Source: Botryllus schlosseri (taxonomy: Eukaryota). From it: 64,000 nucleotides of DNA. Shown in pieces: positions 15,001 to 24,680 of this stretch (within the stretch, counting starts at the first letter, position 1; each line of letters starts with the position of its first letter). The translations under genes and the position numbers were made by a program. The notes under the pieces are model-generated. The model saw only the letters and a program-made list of their open reading frames with translations. It was not told where the DNA came from and ran no database searches. The stretch is from positions 13,454,001 through 13,518,000 of the forward strand of contig CM119378.1 of assembly GCA_051294905.1 (NCBI GenBank), written 5' to 3'.

Positions 15001-16596
15001 TCATTTTGGTGATTAGAGTGAAGAGCAAGGGGACAGGTTCCACCAAAACAACAAAAGAAAGATATCAGTACGGATGAGATGAACATATCATGGCAGACTA
15101 TTGCTATGGAACCTTTCGATAGACTGCACTAAATTGCCTACAAGCAAAAATCGTACAAGAAACAATTTTGTTTCAAGGTAAATTGTTAAAATTATATTCC
15201 GACTGAATATTTTGAATTAACAGTAGATGGTTGGCGTAAAACTGATTGAATTAATGCAATGTTATTTGAGTACTTAGGCTTATGATTGGAGTTTTTTTAG
15301 GTACTTACATGCTTTCCGCGAAAGTCCCCAACTATGGTAAATCTAATACCTCTAAATATAATGATGTTGCTGTATTTTGATTTAAAACAGTATTTAGTGT
15401 GTGAAAATAACAAGAAGATTGAATTTCTGAACTCTAGAATACGATTGCGCCTTTTTTATCCAGCCCATAATGCGAAAATATGAGATTTTAGTCAAAATAG
15501 CCCCATGGATTATCTCCAAAACCAGAGCCAATTTGAAAAAAACTAAGGTCATATTCGGAATCAGTGGCCTTCCGAACCCCCAAAACCCCTCTTACTTTGT
15601 CTGCCTAAAATATGTGTTGATAGTGGTGACAGCATGTAGCATAAAGACTAATAGTGCTTGACAATGCTGAGATGCTGAGCTATGTCAGTCGGCGAATTAC
15701 GGGCTTCGATAACAACGGTACCAAACGTCAGATGTGATGTGTTCCTGTAGACATATCGGGTCGATCACATCAAAAAGTATTGGCCTACGCCCATATAGCC
15801 CATGCGTCCAAATGTCGCATATATTCAGAACTTTTCTGGTGTCTGAACCCCTATTCTACACCGGTATCAACACGCAAATACATGAACATTAAATCATACA
15901 GTGAGATTGCGCAGTGATTAGGCTTAAACGCAGAATATTTACCGAAAAGTTATCCATGTCATTGCACTGGCCCACAGCCAGAACCTCGCATTGCCCTTGA
16001 AAGATTGAGCTAGCACCATCCAGAGTTAGGATAGTGCCCTTACCGAAAACGACACAAGTATTTGAAGTAGACGCTGACGATATTCCCCATTGTGTCATCG
16101 GAACAGCGGACGTGTATGGATGCAAAGCTGTGCAAGAAACAAATAATAAGGATAATAAATTTAAATTTCCGCTGCCAATTAGCGAACTCTAACAATGAAC
16201 AATTTCGAAAGAAACATTAATTCAAATACTGCTAGCATGAATATATTGAATACTTACTGTACTTGCAGCCGATACCAGCCCGTTCGCTGCCACATTGCGT
16301 CTCATCGTGGACGATAGATGCTGGATATAGTCCTTCATACATTGGGTCAGAACCTGACCCGTCTCCGCTCAAAACACTTGATTCGGAGTGCTGACGAGGC
16401 GAGTAAAGGCTAGAATAAGCGATGATTAAGCGCTTATAATTGCGGTACAGCATTTAATGAAAATACTTGAATGCTTCTTCACTTCGAGCAACTTCGGCAA
16501 TACCTGAATCACATTCACAAATATATTGTTTTGGCCGTTTATGAACAAAATTAATTATGAATTCTTACCCAGAAGAAAAAGATTTATAAGTCCCAT
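1..16596 (-). CDS. Gene A: secreted VWF-like/gel-mucin-like protein, 5' part (signal peptide-D1-D2-D'-D3-start of VWC-like region); continues past the left edge
   Basis: 31 exons with GT-AG sites and consistent phases: 16569-16596, 16467-16503, 16258-16409, 15943-16127, 13892-13998, 13638-13828, 13463-13563, 13143-13362, 12915-13049, 12726-12837, 12362-12542, 12166-12295, 11283-11567, 9765-9983, 9566-9703, 9420-9507, 7817-7854, 6829-6963, 6630-6759, 4728-4866, 4558-4668, 3856-4098, 3674-3784, 2262-2411, 2049-2205, 1659-1810, 1494-1593, 1378-1427, 586-802, 84-156, <1-23 (4,138 nt). Motifs: [10 protein letters not shown] (D1), HYVSFDG (D2), HYKSFDG and [10 protein letters not shown] (D3), [18 protein letters not shown] (C8-3), [10 protein letters not shown] and ILDEMTQKC (TIL3). 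The first two micro-exons ([17 protein letters not shown]) are less certain than the rest. Confidence 0.9.
2456..3012. mobile_element. hAT-type MITE with internal GACTCGAGTC palindromic repeats, inserted into another MITE
   Basis: TIR CAGGGTTGTAA/TTACAACCCTG; perfect 8-bp TSD GTGGTCAG (2448-2455, 3013-3020). Partial or degenerate copies near 22330-22450, 36026-36420 and 57894-58060. Confidence 0.88.
3345..3640 (+). mobile_element. tRNA-derived SINE, family 2 (degenerate copy)
   Basis: A-box TAGCATAATGG at 3349-3359. The body (atcaaagacatgat..ctggta.ccgtggcttccc..ttacaaggcta..ttgtccagc.gcatatg..catgcactcat.gtatgca) aligns with the copy at 7092-7370. Confidence 0.65.
5037..5695. mobile_element. 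hAT (Buster-like) MITE
   Basis: TIR CAGGGGTCACCAAC/GTTGGCGACCCCTG; TSD CTGTAAAC/CTGTAAAG (7/8). Confidence 0.82.
5751..6582. mobile_element. hAT (Buster-like) MITE
   Basis: TIR CAGGGGTAAGCAAACT/AGTTTGCCCATCCCTG; TSD CCATAGAC/CTATAGAA (6/8); subterminal GGGCCGC repeats. Confidence 0.75.
7092..7370 (+). mobile_element. tRNA-derived SINE, family 2
   Basis: A-box TAGCGTAATGG at 7096-7106; homologous to 3345-3640; core gccgggtcagaccaaagac..aaaactggtaccgtggcttccctggttggagttcagcac. Confidence 0.68.
7426..7568. other. Assembly gap (143 N) inside a gene A intron
   Basis: Run of n; the flanking exons 6829-6963 and 7817-7854 are phase-compatible. Confidence 0.98.
7569..7660 (-). mobile_element. 3' fragment of tRNA-derived SINE family 1
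   Basis: Reverse complement of about 17695-17785 (tcgactactatggtcatttacaccaggccgat..cgtaactgccgacttatagc.cggcccacctctaggctttt). Confidence 0.8.
8217..9214. mobile_element. hAT-type MITE with AGTA/TACT-rich subterminal repeats (full-length copy of the most abundant family here)
   Basis: TIR CAGAGGTGGTCA/TGACCACCTCTG; TSD GTAGTTTG/CTAGTTTG (7/8). Fragments near 2443/3013, 10990-11246, 11637-12005, 23195, 24740-25170, 31770-32040, 35357, 41091, 48706 and 52905. Confidence 0.85.
14753..15110 (+). pseudogene. Fossil DNA-transposase C-terminal fragment inside a degraded element (about 14270-15620)
   Basis: With stops and frameshifts it reads [73 protein letters not shown]. This matches a widespread invertebrate TE motif I recall as HSHLDFFP..SDEQGERFHQ..MADYCW. 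Subterminal IR ggtgctgattacgaatat/atattcggaatcagtggcc. Confidence 0.75.
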
Positions 16597-16801
16597 AATT
16601 TGCCGGCGACTCATCGAGTTGGTTTAGCAATTCGAATCTTTTCCGAAGCTTTATCAAATCACCATGGATGTAGTTTATTATGAAACGGATCACTATTTCA
16701 GGCTCAAGTGCACTGTATGCGGTTTCCAACCAAATGTTATATCAGGCATATGCTCTACACTTCCCACTAGTGCGAGGCGGATCGAAGTCCCTAGTCCAGT
16801 G

Positions 16802-17112
16802 CAGGGCTGGGCACAATGATTACAATCTGAATCGAGTATTAATTTTAATGATTCCAGTCGAGTAGTAAAAGATTGTCAAGAAGTGCAATGAAATCGGTAT
16901 GGTCGAACAAATGCTCAAGTATCTTTAATGAGACGGATAACAGGCATTATGATCTTTGTGGTGGCATAAAAGATTCATATTTGAAGTTCTTTGAGATAGT
17001 ACATTTTGTTGTGACGTCATAATGAGTGACACCCGAATACTCGACTCGAAGCGTAATACGTGATTCAGAATCGAATCACGCAAGTAGGCCTACTTGATTT
17101 TACCCAGCCCTA
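16802..17112. mobile_element. hAT-type MITE about 200 bp upstream of the gene A start codon
   Basis: TIR CAGGGCTGGG/CCCAGCCCTA; perfect TSD GTCCAGTG (16794-16801, 17113-17120). Confidence 0.85.
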
Positions 17113-17115
17113 GTC

Positions 17116-17496
17116 CAGTGGCTGCCAAAGTGGGCGCCAGCGCCGCCAGGTATGTACAGTACACACATTCAAACGCATGTGTATTGTGCACCCAAGACGA
17201 TGAAGATTGTCGCATACCGCGTCAAAACGACGTACGATGATTTAGAAGAGAAACTACTGTGTGCGATTGTTTTCACTGATTGTGTCTGTCCTAGATTTCG
17301 TACTAACATGTGACTCTGAAATAGCGTACATAACGTCTATCAGGCTGTCATTAAATTAGATCAACACAAAAAGCTTACGCGACGATGTAGTAGTGACTGC
17401 GCAATGAACCAAACAACTTTTGTCTATAGAAGGGGCGTTCGATACCACGTTTGCAGCCCAGGGGAGCGTTGTGTGCAGAAAGTTTGGGAAACACTG
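17116..17496. mobile_element. Degenerate hAT MITE
   Basis: Imperfect TIR CAGTGGCTGCCAAA/TTTGGGAAACACTG; no clean TSD. Confidence 0.45.
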
Positions 17497-17543
17497 GCAT
17501 ATAGATATAGTTCGACTCCTATCGTGTATTTCAAAGCGGATGT

Positions 17544-17820
17544 GGCGAGATAGCGCAGTGGTATAATCCGCGGCTGCAACACCGATGGGTGCGGGTTCGA
17601 GTCCGACCGAGGTCGACTTCCGAATTCCGATACCTAAGTGTTGGAGGTTTACCTAGGCTCCTCCTCGCCACCTCATCCGCGTCAGCGGTGTCTTACAAAA
17701 GCCTAGAGGTGGGCCGCGCTATAAGTCGGCAGTTACGGAAATTAAGATGAAAATCGGCCTGGTGTAAATGACCATAGTAGTCGAAAAACACCATGAATAC
17801 CCCAAAACAAACAAAACAAA
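17544..17820 (+). mobile_element. tRNA-derived SINE, family 1 (tRNA-like head, body, A-rich tail)
   Basis: A-box TAGCGCAGTGG and B-box GGTTCGAGTCC (17594-17604); imperfect anticodon arm CGG-CTGCAACA-CCG; the body has a second copy at 7569-7660; (CAAAA)n-like tail at about 17802-17820. Confidence 0.75.
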
Positions 17821-19611
17821 GCGGATTCCGGCCCCAGCCGTATCAGAAAAAAGCATGAATCCGGCTCCGGCCAAAAAATCCGACGGATATCAAGTCTATG
17901 GATTAATTATCTATGCCCCACAGTTCATTGGAGAGGTGAATATCATTTTAAAACTTTGATATTACCACATATGATCGTCGCATAGCATAGTGTACGGTTG
18001 GTAATATTGCGGTTTTTATCCAGCAGTAGTCAAAAATTTGCAATTTTCCAGCGCATCGATATTTACTATAATGAGGCTAGCACGAATGGTATGAGATAAA
18101 TATGACGGTGTCTTGATGTACCTAGCGTGTAATGTTGAATGTAACATATCATTCCAGCTAGCCTCGTCATAATGAAAAAATTAACGAAGCAGTCGCGCGT
18201 TTCGTAACTGAATAATGCAATTCAAGTTGTCGACCAGGACCCGAAATAAACCATCAATATTATAAATTGGGTCGAGTCTGTAATGCATACGAGACATCGA
18301 AATGTTAACTACAATCCTATCTACAAGCAGAGTGATGGCGCCTGGCCACAACACCTTGATGCCTGGTACAGTGCCCAGATGGGCCCATCATGTATGATTT
18401 CGACGATATATGTCCTGCCCATGTCCAATTGTCCATATTGTCCATTGTCCAGTTGTCCAGATATACTATAAATCAAATTCTCTGCTGAAGTCTCAAACAT
18501 TGCTAACTGTGATTACATAATGCAAGAGGCTCCGGACAACAAATGAACGATTCCCCACTCCGCTGTTTATGATTGAATATCAGGCGAACTCTCCAGTTAA
18601 TATACCGATCTTCCCACGCTCATCTCATCTCAGCAGCGGAACAATAGGAAGATTTGGTTATTTCAATATTATTACTGCGAAATTCCTACGGATCGGATGC
18701 GGAATATTTAGGTCTATAGTCCTATACGATGCAGATTCCATAAACAGTAAGGCTTGGTTGTTTATGGTAATATCGATCTGTCTGAGAACAATGATCGTGT
18801 GGCTCTCGAATACAGGTTGACTTAATTTTGGAAGTATAAAAGAAAGTATTTAGGACAACAGTCAATTTGGGTAGAACTATGGCATTCTCTGTTATTAAAT
18901 TGACGTTCAGGGCCATGCGACTTACGCAATGAATTCGATGTACCCCGTTTTTGTTTGATGGCTCTCACGCTATGTCTGATAACCAGGCCAAGACCGAAAA
19001 ATTCATGCACTGCGTCACAGGCCTCGGCACAATGTCCAGAACACAAATTTGGCACCACATTTCTGTGCTCCTGCATATAATAGGCCTGCACATTGAATGC
19101 ATATTGCATATTCATACAATGCACATATCCAATTCCCTAACCATTCGCAGTTTATCCCATGCTATGCTAACGATATTCAGGGCAAAGCTCTAAACGTGGA
19201 ATGCTCGCGATATATTCACGTATTTGATTCACAGTCAAACTGGATAATACACTCACAATCTGCGCATGAATCCTGCCCCCTTAGGAAAATGACGAGATTG
19301 AAGTAAATCTAAATTTTTAGAAATTTTTACCCTATACTAGGCCTATACATGACGAGGTTTGATTTTATGCTTGCCTCGTGAAAAATGATCGGTTCTTAGA
19401 TATCATAGAAAAAGTGCTAAATGTGAACTTGAAATATTTCATGAGCGTGAAGCCGTATAGTTTGAATATTCTCGTTATAAAAATCGAGAAAAGTAGAATT
19501 TAGGCAGTGTTGTAGGCTACGTACATTTTACAAAACAACTGCGTCTATTATATATATCGTATTGGATTTATATTGTATAATGTACCCTGGACTTTTTTTA
19601 TGCATATAGAG

Positions 19612-20226
19612 TAGGGCTGTTCAAAATTAACTTTTTCTTCCCGATTCAAGCCGTTCACCTCTTAAATCGTCAGGTTGCAGTAGAAAACCTTGCTCACCAA
19701 ATTTCACTCGATTCCAATCAGTAAAGGCATCCGCAGATCCAATTAAAATTTTTAATTTATTATGGAAAATTAAAAAAAAAAATTCCAAATTTTTCTGCCA
19801 ACCCCATGAAATTGTTGAGCCGTCTTCAAAGACGTTGCAAAACAAATTTGAGTCAATTCCGACCAGTAGAAGCGGAGTTATGTGAGTTTTTCGATGATAA
19901 TCCTCGGATTATCCTTGATTGGTGGATAATCCGCGATTTATCAACGAAAAACTCACATAACTCCGCTTCTACTGGTCGGAATTGACTCAAATTTGTTTTG
20001 CAACGTCTTTGAAGACGGCTCAACAATTTCATGGGGTTGGCAGAAAAAATTGGAAATTTTTTTTTTAATGTTCCATAATAAATTAAAAATTTTAATTGGA
20101 TCTGCGGATGCCTTTACTGATTGGAATCGAGTGAAATTTGGTGAGCAAGGTTTTCTGCTGCAACCTGACGATTTAAGAGGTGAACGGCTTGAATCGGGAA
20201 GAAAAAGTTATTTTTGAACAGCCCTA
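19612..20226. mobile_element. Near-perfect 615-bp palindromic (foldback) hAT-type MITE
   Basis: Arms of about 300 bp are reverse complements (TAGGGCTGTTCAAAA..TTTTGAACAGCCCTA) around a loop of about 9 nt (cggattatcc-ttgattggt-ggataatccg); perfect TSD ATATAGAG (19604-19611, 20227-20234). Confidence 0.92.
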
Positions 20227-21517
20227 ATATAGAGCTTATAAATCGTTGTTAGTCAATTATGATTGCTTATGGTCTGCGACCACGCACAGCGAAATAATCG
20301 AGGTAAATCCCAATTGCGTCCAATGAAGTGGTATGCGATCAAATGACGTTGCGTCACCGGTAACACACACTTTACGCATTCTCACGCATGTTGCGGTTAT
20401 CGTTCGCGTCGCCAAAATAGCATTTTATTGAGCTTCTCGTGTTTTCCAAAGATTCGTATAGCTTTATCACGCCGAATGAAGCACAAAAGAGGATCATAAC
20501 AAGCATAGATCATTTTCGTTTTCGGGTCCCGATACCGAAATTGGTAACCAGATACATGCGAATTGTCTTTTGCCATTGATCCTCGACAACAGAGGGGCTC
20601 ATTAAATCTCAGTCTACATGCGGTCTGCCATTTTTGAATTCACGCACACGTTCATTAATTTTATCCTTTCAAATCATCGCACGATTGCAATAGAACGCAA
20701 AGGAGCTGAAAATAATAGGTTATTATCAAGTTCTCGTTCACAACACTTTCGAAGTGGGAGCCTTGTAATGGAATGGCTTTGCACTAGATGATTTTCATGA
20801 CAAATGATGCCTAGCGCAATTTGTCAATGAACCAGAAACGGGTTTACTACACTAGACCTTCGGGTGTGACTTGCTTGCTTTCTCCCGACACAAGTAATAG
20901 TGCCTACATCAGAAACAAGTACAGTTTATGTCAAAATGCCTAAAATATCAGTTTGACGCATTGGCAGATCCATGGGCCAGTCAAATTTCGGTAGATCTTC
21001 GTACATTACAATAAAGCAGAATATGCTGCGGTAGATTTATCTCAAGTAAAAAATTTCTTCACGTTTCCCGCAATATGTTGTCACTCGATTTATTGCTTTT
21101 AATATTGTTACCCCCCTGAAATAGAAAGAACGCATAATGTACCAGATTAAGTCTAATTATAATCGCAATTACGAGAAAAAGTGTCGTCCAACATGGGACG
21201 TTGCGTTAGCGGTCGCAGAAAGACCGTCGGCATAGGCATAAAATGATTGACGCATCTTGGCCGAAGCTTTCGATACCGATACGTCCAGGCGCCGAATAGT
21301 CCAGTTCTTGCAAACTGAGCCCAGCAATACACAGCAGACCTGCAATATACTCAAGTAACAATAATATTGACCTAACAACTTTAAAAAAATTTCGCGCTTC
21401 GTGCGACTGGTGGCCGCGCGATGGTTCGTCAATGCAACGTGGCCCTTTGGCCGAAAAGGTTGGCCACTCCTGTATTAAGCAAATAAAAGATCAATGGCCG
21501 CCTAAAAATTGAACTTT

Positions 21518-21709
21518 TCAAGGTTTCGCAGAAGCAAAATCGGCGATAATATCTTCAAAATCAAGTTTTTGAACGTAGCGTCTTTCTATAGAAAGAATCG
21601 ATAGAGCTGATAGTCGATCATCATTCGTGGTAGAACGTAAATACGACTTTATCATTTTGAGATTTGAGAAACTCATCTCACAGCTCGCAATTGAAACATC
21701 CATAGTAAG
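21518..21709 (-). pseudogene. hAT transposase C-terminal dimerisation-domain fragment
   Basis: LTMDVSIASCEMSFSNLKMIKSYLRSTTNDDRLSALSILSIE matches the hAT dimerisation consensus (V..AS.ERSFS.LK.IK.YLRST....RL..L.ILSIE); a hAT-like end CAGGAGTGGCCAACC lies nearby (minus strand, about 21471). Confidence 0.8.
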
Positions 21710-22770
21710 ATAATGTTTTGAACACGAACACAGCGTCGAATCAAACAGGTGTGATTTAGCTAGCCAGTAGCCACTGCAAAACATCGAACGCTGTTGCATT
21801 ACGATCAAACGTGGTTTCACTGCTTCGCACCGGCCTCTTGAATCTGTCAATCCTTCTGTCACGCGCAACATCTTGTCGAAAAAAACACTGATTCCAGTCT
21901 CGATCGTAACAAATTAGGTCGTGATTAGCGATATCTCCGTGCTTTGTGCACCGTACCGTACATTTTTAGGTTGAACATTGTAATTCCAATCCAGGATTCG
22001 GGTATACTTCTGATAAGTAGGCCTAGGCTATTTATTAATCTCATGGCCAAATATCTTCAAATAATATGAATGTGTCCTAGTGATTGAAATGTCGGAACGC
22101 CGAACGGCCCATTGTTGTTACATCGTTGGAGCGTACCACCATCTTTAAGTGACTTTATATAATAACATGGTTTAGCGACCAAAAATGTATAACTAACAGA
22201 TTGCCAATGGTTACCATAACTACTTGCTTAGATAGCGAAATACCAAGCTGCGACCTTCTGATCTATTACTGTTCCCCTGATACGCGATTAGTTTGTTGGG
22301 TCCATGGTTCTAACAAATTCAGGGCATTCCGAGTAACTCCGAGTCCACTCGAGTCATTTTCATTTTGCCATCGAGTTAGCTCGAGTCTGATTAATTATAA
22401 GAAAGCTCGCGTCTGAGTAATTCCAAGAAAGCTCGCGTCCGAGTCCAACTCACAAATTTCAGTCACGAATCGTCTAAGGGTCAGGTTTTGTCATCATGAA
22501 TTGGAAATGTGACGAAATAGTGAATCTTCCACTGCATGGTAGCGTGTGCAGTTGATTTGATAGTGCAGTTTGATGAATACTTTCAGGCTTTCGGAGCAAT
22601 TTAAGAGGGAATTTTCACTTTATAACCTGAAATGATATATGTGACACTTATATATTGTCAAAATAATACGTCGTCGCGGGGCGCGTTTTTGAGACCTCTG
22701 GTGTAGCTCCTACGATCACCATAAACTGAGCTGATAAAAGAAAATCACGACCAGCTACATGCAGGTATCA

Positions 22771-22776
22771 TTTATT
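22771..22776 (-). promoter_or_regulatory. Probable polyadenylation signal of gene B
   Basis: First AATAAA on the minus strand, about 190 nt downstream of the stop codon. Confidence 0.55.
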
Positions 22777-22962
22777 TGCACCAGCGTGGGACACATACGA
22801 TCACATCCCCGATAAAAAGTTGGTATTGCACACGAAGATGAAACGCATCCTCCACTATTCTACTAATTTACAAGTGCAAATAAAAGTCAAAATAAAGAAA
22901 GAGGTGAACAGTAATCAGTATCGTTTCCGGTCAGTATATTGTGTCGAGGGCGGTTGTTTCAA

Positions 22963-24680
22963 TTACTCTACTGTCGCGGTCATGTCGCCGGAAATCTCAC
23001 TGGGGTTTTCCCCGGTGCATGTGGAGCAATCAGCGCACGCGCAGTCGGTGATTGTGTCGTATTCGTATTCCTCCGATGTGCCGTCTTCGCAAGTCAGGAC
23101 GACAGCGCGGGTTTCCGTCTTGGTCGGATTGCATCGCGAACAACCGGCAGCAATGGCTCCTGCGTAATAGTCAACATACGGTAAAACTAGGCGATAGGTG
23201 GTGAAGTACTTGTACTTTTTCGAGTTACTCAAGTATAGGTTTTGCCAACTTGCACTACTTAGTCAAAGGATTGTGTCTTTAGAATACTCCCACTTCTACT
23301 TGAACAGTTTTTAGGAAAAACTAGACATTGGTTTGTACCAACCTTGCATTATTATGCGAGTGAAATTGTCATGAGAAGCCGCTGTAATTACAATAAATAA
23401 ATATCGTCGCTGTGGAATCAAAGTGGCATATGTTCACTTTTTTCAAATTTCGAGAAAATCAAGTTTGTTGCGAAATTTTCATTTTTTCGGACATATCTTG
23501 GTCACGGTTATGGTTTTCACATTGTTTCAAACTTAACCATGACCAAGATATAGTTAAAAACTTAATTCTTCCAAAATTTGTAAAATAGACATAAGGCACG
23601 ATGTGTTTTGACTGATTCCACTTCTACTGGAACACTTTTGAGGAATAATTACCTCTTACAATTTGGATTTTGAAAAGTAGAAAGTAGTGTCGATGTTGTA
23701 AGCTGGAAACTGGAAACACTTTTATGAGTGAATTGTCTTAAGAACCGCACGGAATGGCTGCTATACTATGGTAACTGAACATATTTTCAAATATTGCCCT
23801 ATTTACAGTGTCATTCGTCCTTTTGCATTACTCGCTAAGATAGATTCTGCAATTTCGAAAGTATCCAATACTGATCAAACCCGCGACCATGTCTACTTTT
23901 TGGAACTATTTAGAAAGACGAAAACATCAAGATGGCCGTTATCGTTATCGTCCTCGGGTTAGGGTAAGTTTTTGGGTTATACAGTCACATGCTGAAGTGA
24001 CGCATGCTGATGTGTTCCATGCTGAACTGTCGTTTTCCATTGTGTCGCATGCTCATATGTCGGGCAACCCTCTGTGGTCCGTGGACATATGAGCATGCGA
24101 CATTACAGCATGCGAGACTTCGGCATGCAACAATTTCGCATGCGACACATGAGCATGTGGGTTAAATTACGGGTTAGGGGTAGGTTAGGGTTGGATTTAT
24201 GGTTTGGTTAGGTTTAGGCTTTAGGTTAGGTTAGGCTAGGTTAGGTTAGGTTAGGCTATGTTTCGGGTTAGGGTAAGTTTTTGGGTTATACAGTCACATG
24301 CTGAAGTGACGCATGCTGATGTGTTCCATGCTGAACTGTCGTTTTCCATTGTGTCGTATGCTCATATGTCGGGCAACCTCTCTCTGTATCTCATACAGTC
24401 CGCATGCTGAACAATATACTAAAAGTCAATGAAGGGAGCGTGGCAGGCTCCTTTGCCTTTGTGAGTCCCGAATTTTCTCCCTGTCCACGCCTGCGACTAT
24501 ATAGCCTATAGCCTATATATATTACAGAGATTTTAAACGAACCGTTAACAGAAGTGGTGGTGACGGCGCAGTTTCCGCCGCAGGTGGCAGTCTTGACCAT
24601 GTCTGGAGACGAGCACAATTTTCCTCCGATGTTGATCTGGAAGAGCTGCTCCACTTCTTGCACCACGCAGCCTTCGATGT
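22963..24680 (-). CDS. Gene B C-terminal cystine knot (CTCK) and acidic tail
   Basis: Exons 24543-24680 and 22963-23186: CVVQE..LCSS..TCGGNC..GCSRCNPTKTE..TCEDG..DCACADCSTC-TGENPSEISGDMTATVE*. The CxGxC and CxC knot motifs are present. Confidence 0.9.

Noticed and set aside
17544-17615. Functional tRNA-Cys gene
   Set aside because: The acceptor and anticodon stems pair poorly (8-nt loop, 3-bp stem), and the downstream body has a second dispersed copy, so a SINE head fits better.
19627-20217. Two nearly identical ORFs on opposite strands (MFCNVFEDG...)
   Set aside because: Mirror images of the palindromic MITE arms; no recognisable protein.
24170-24260. True telomere or chromosome end
   Set aside because: Short, degenerate and intronic within an intact gene.
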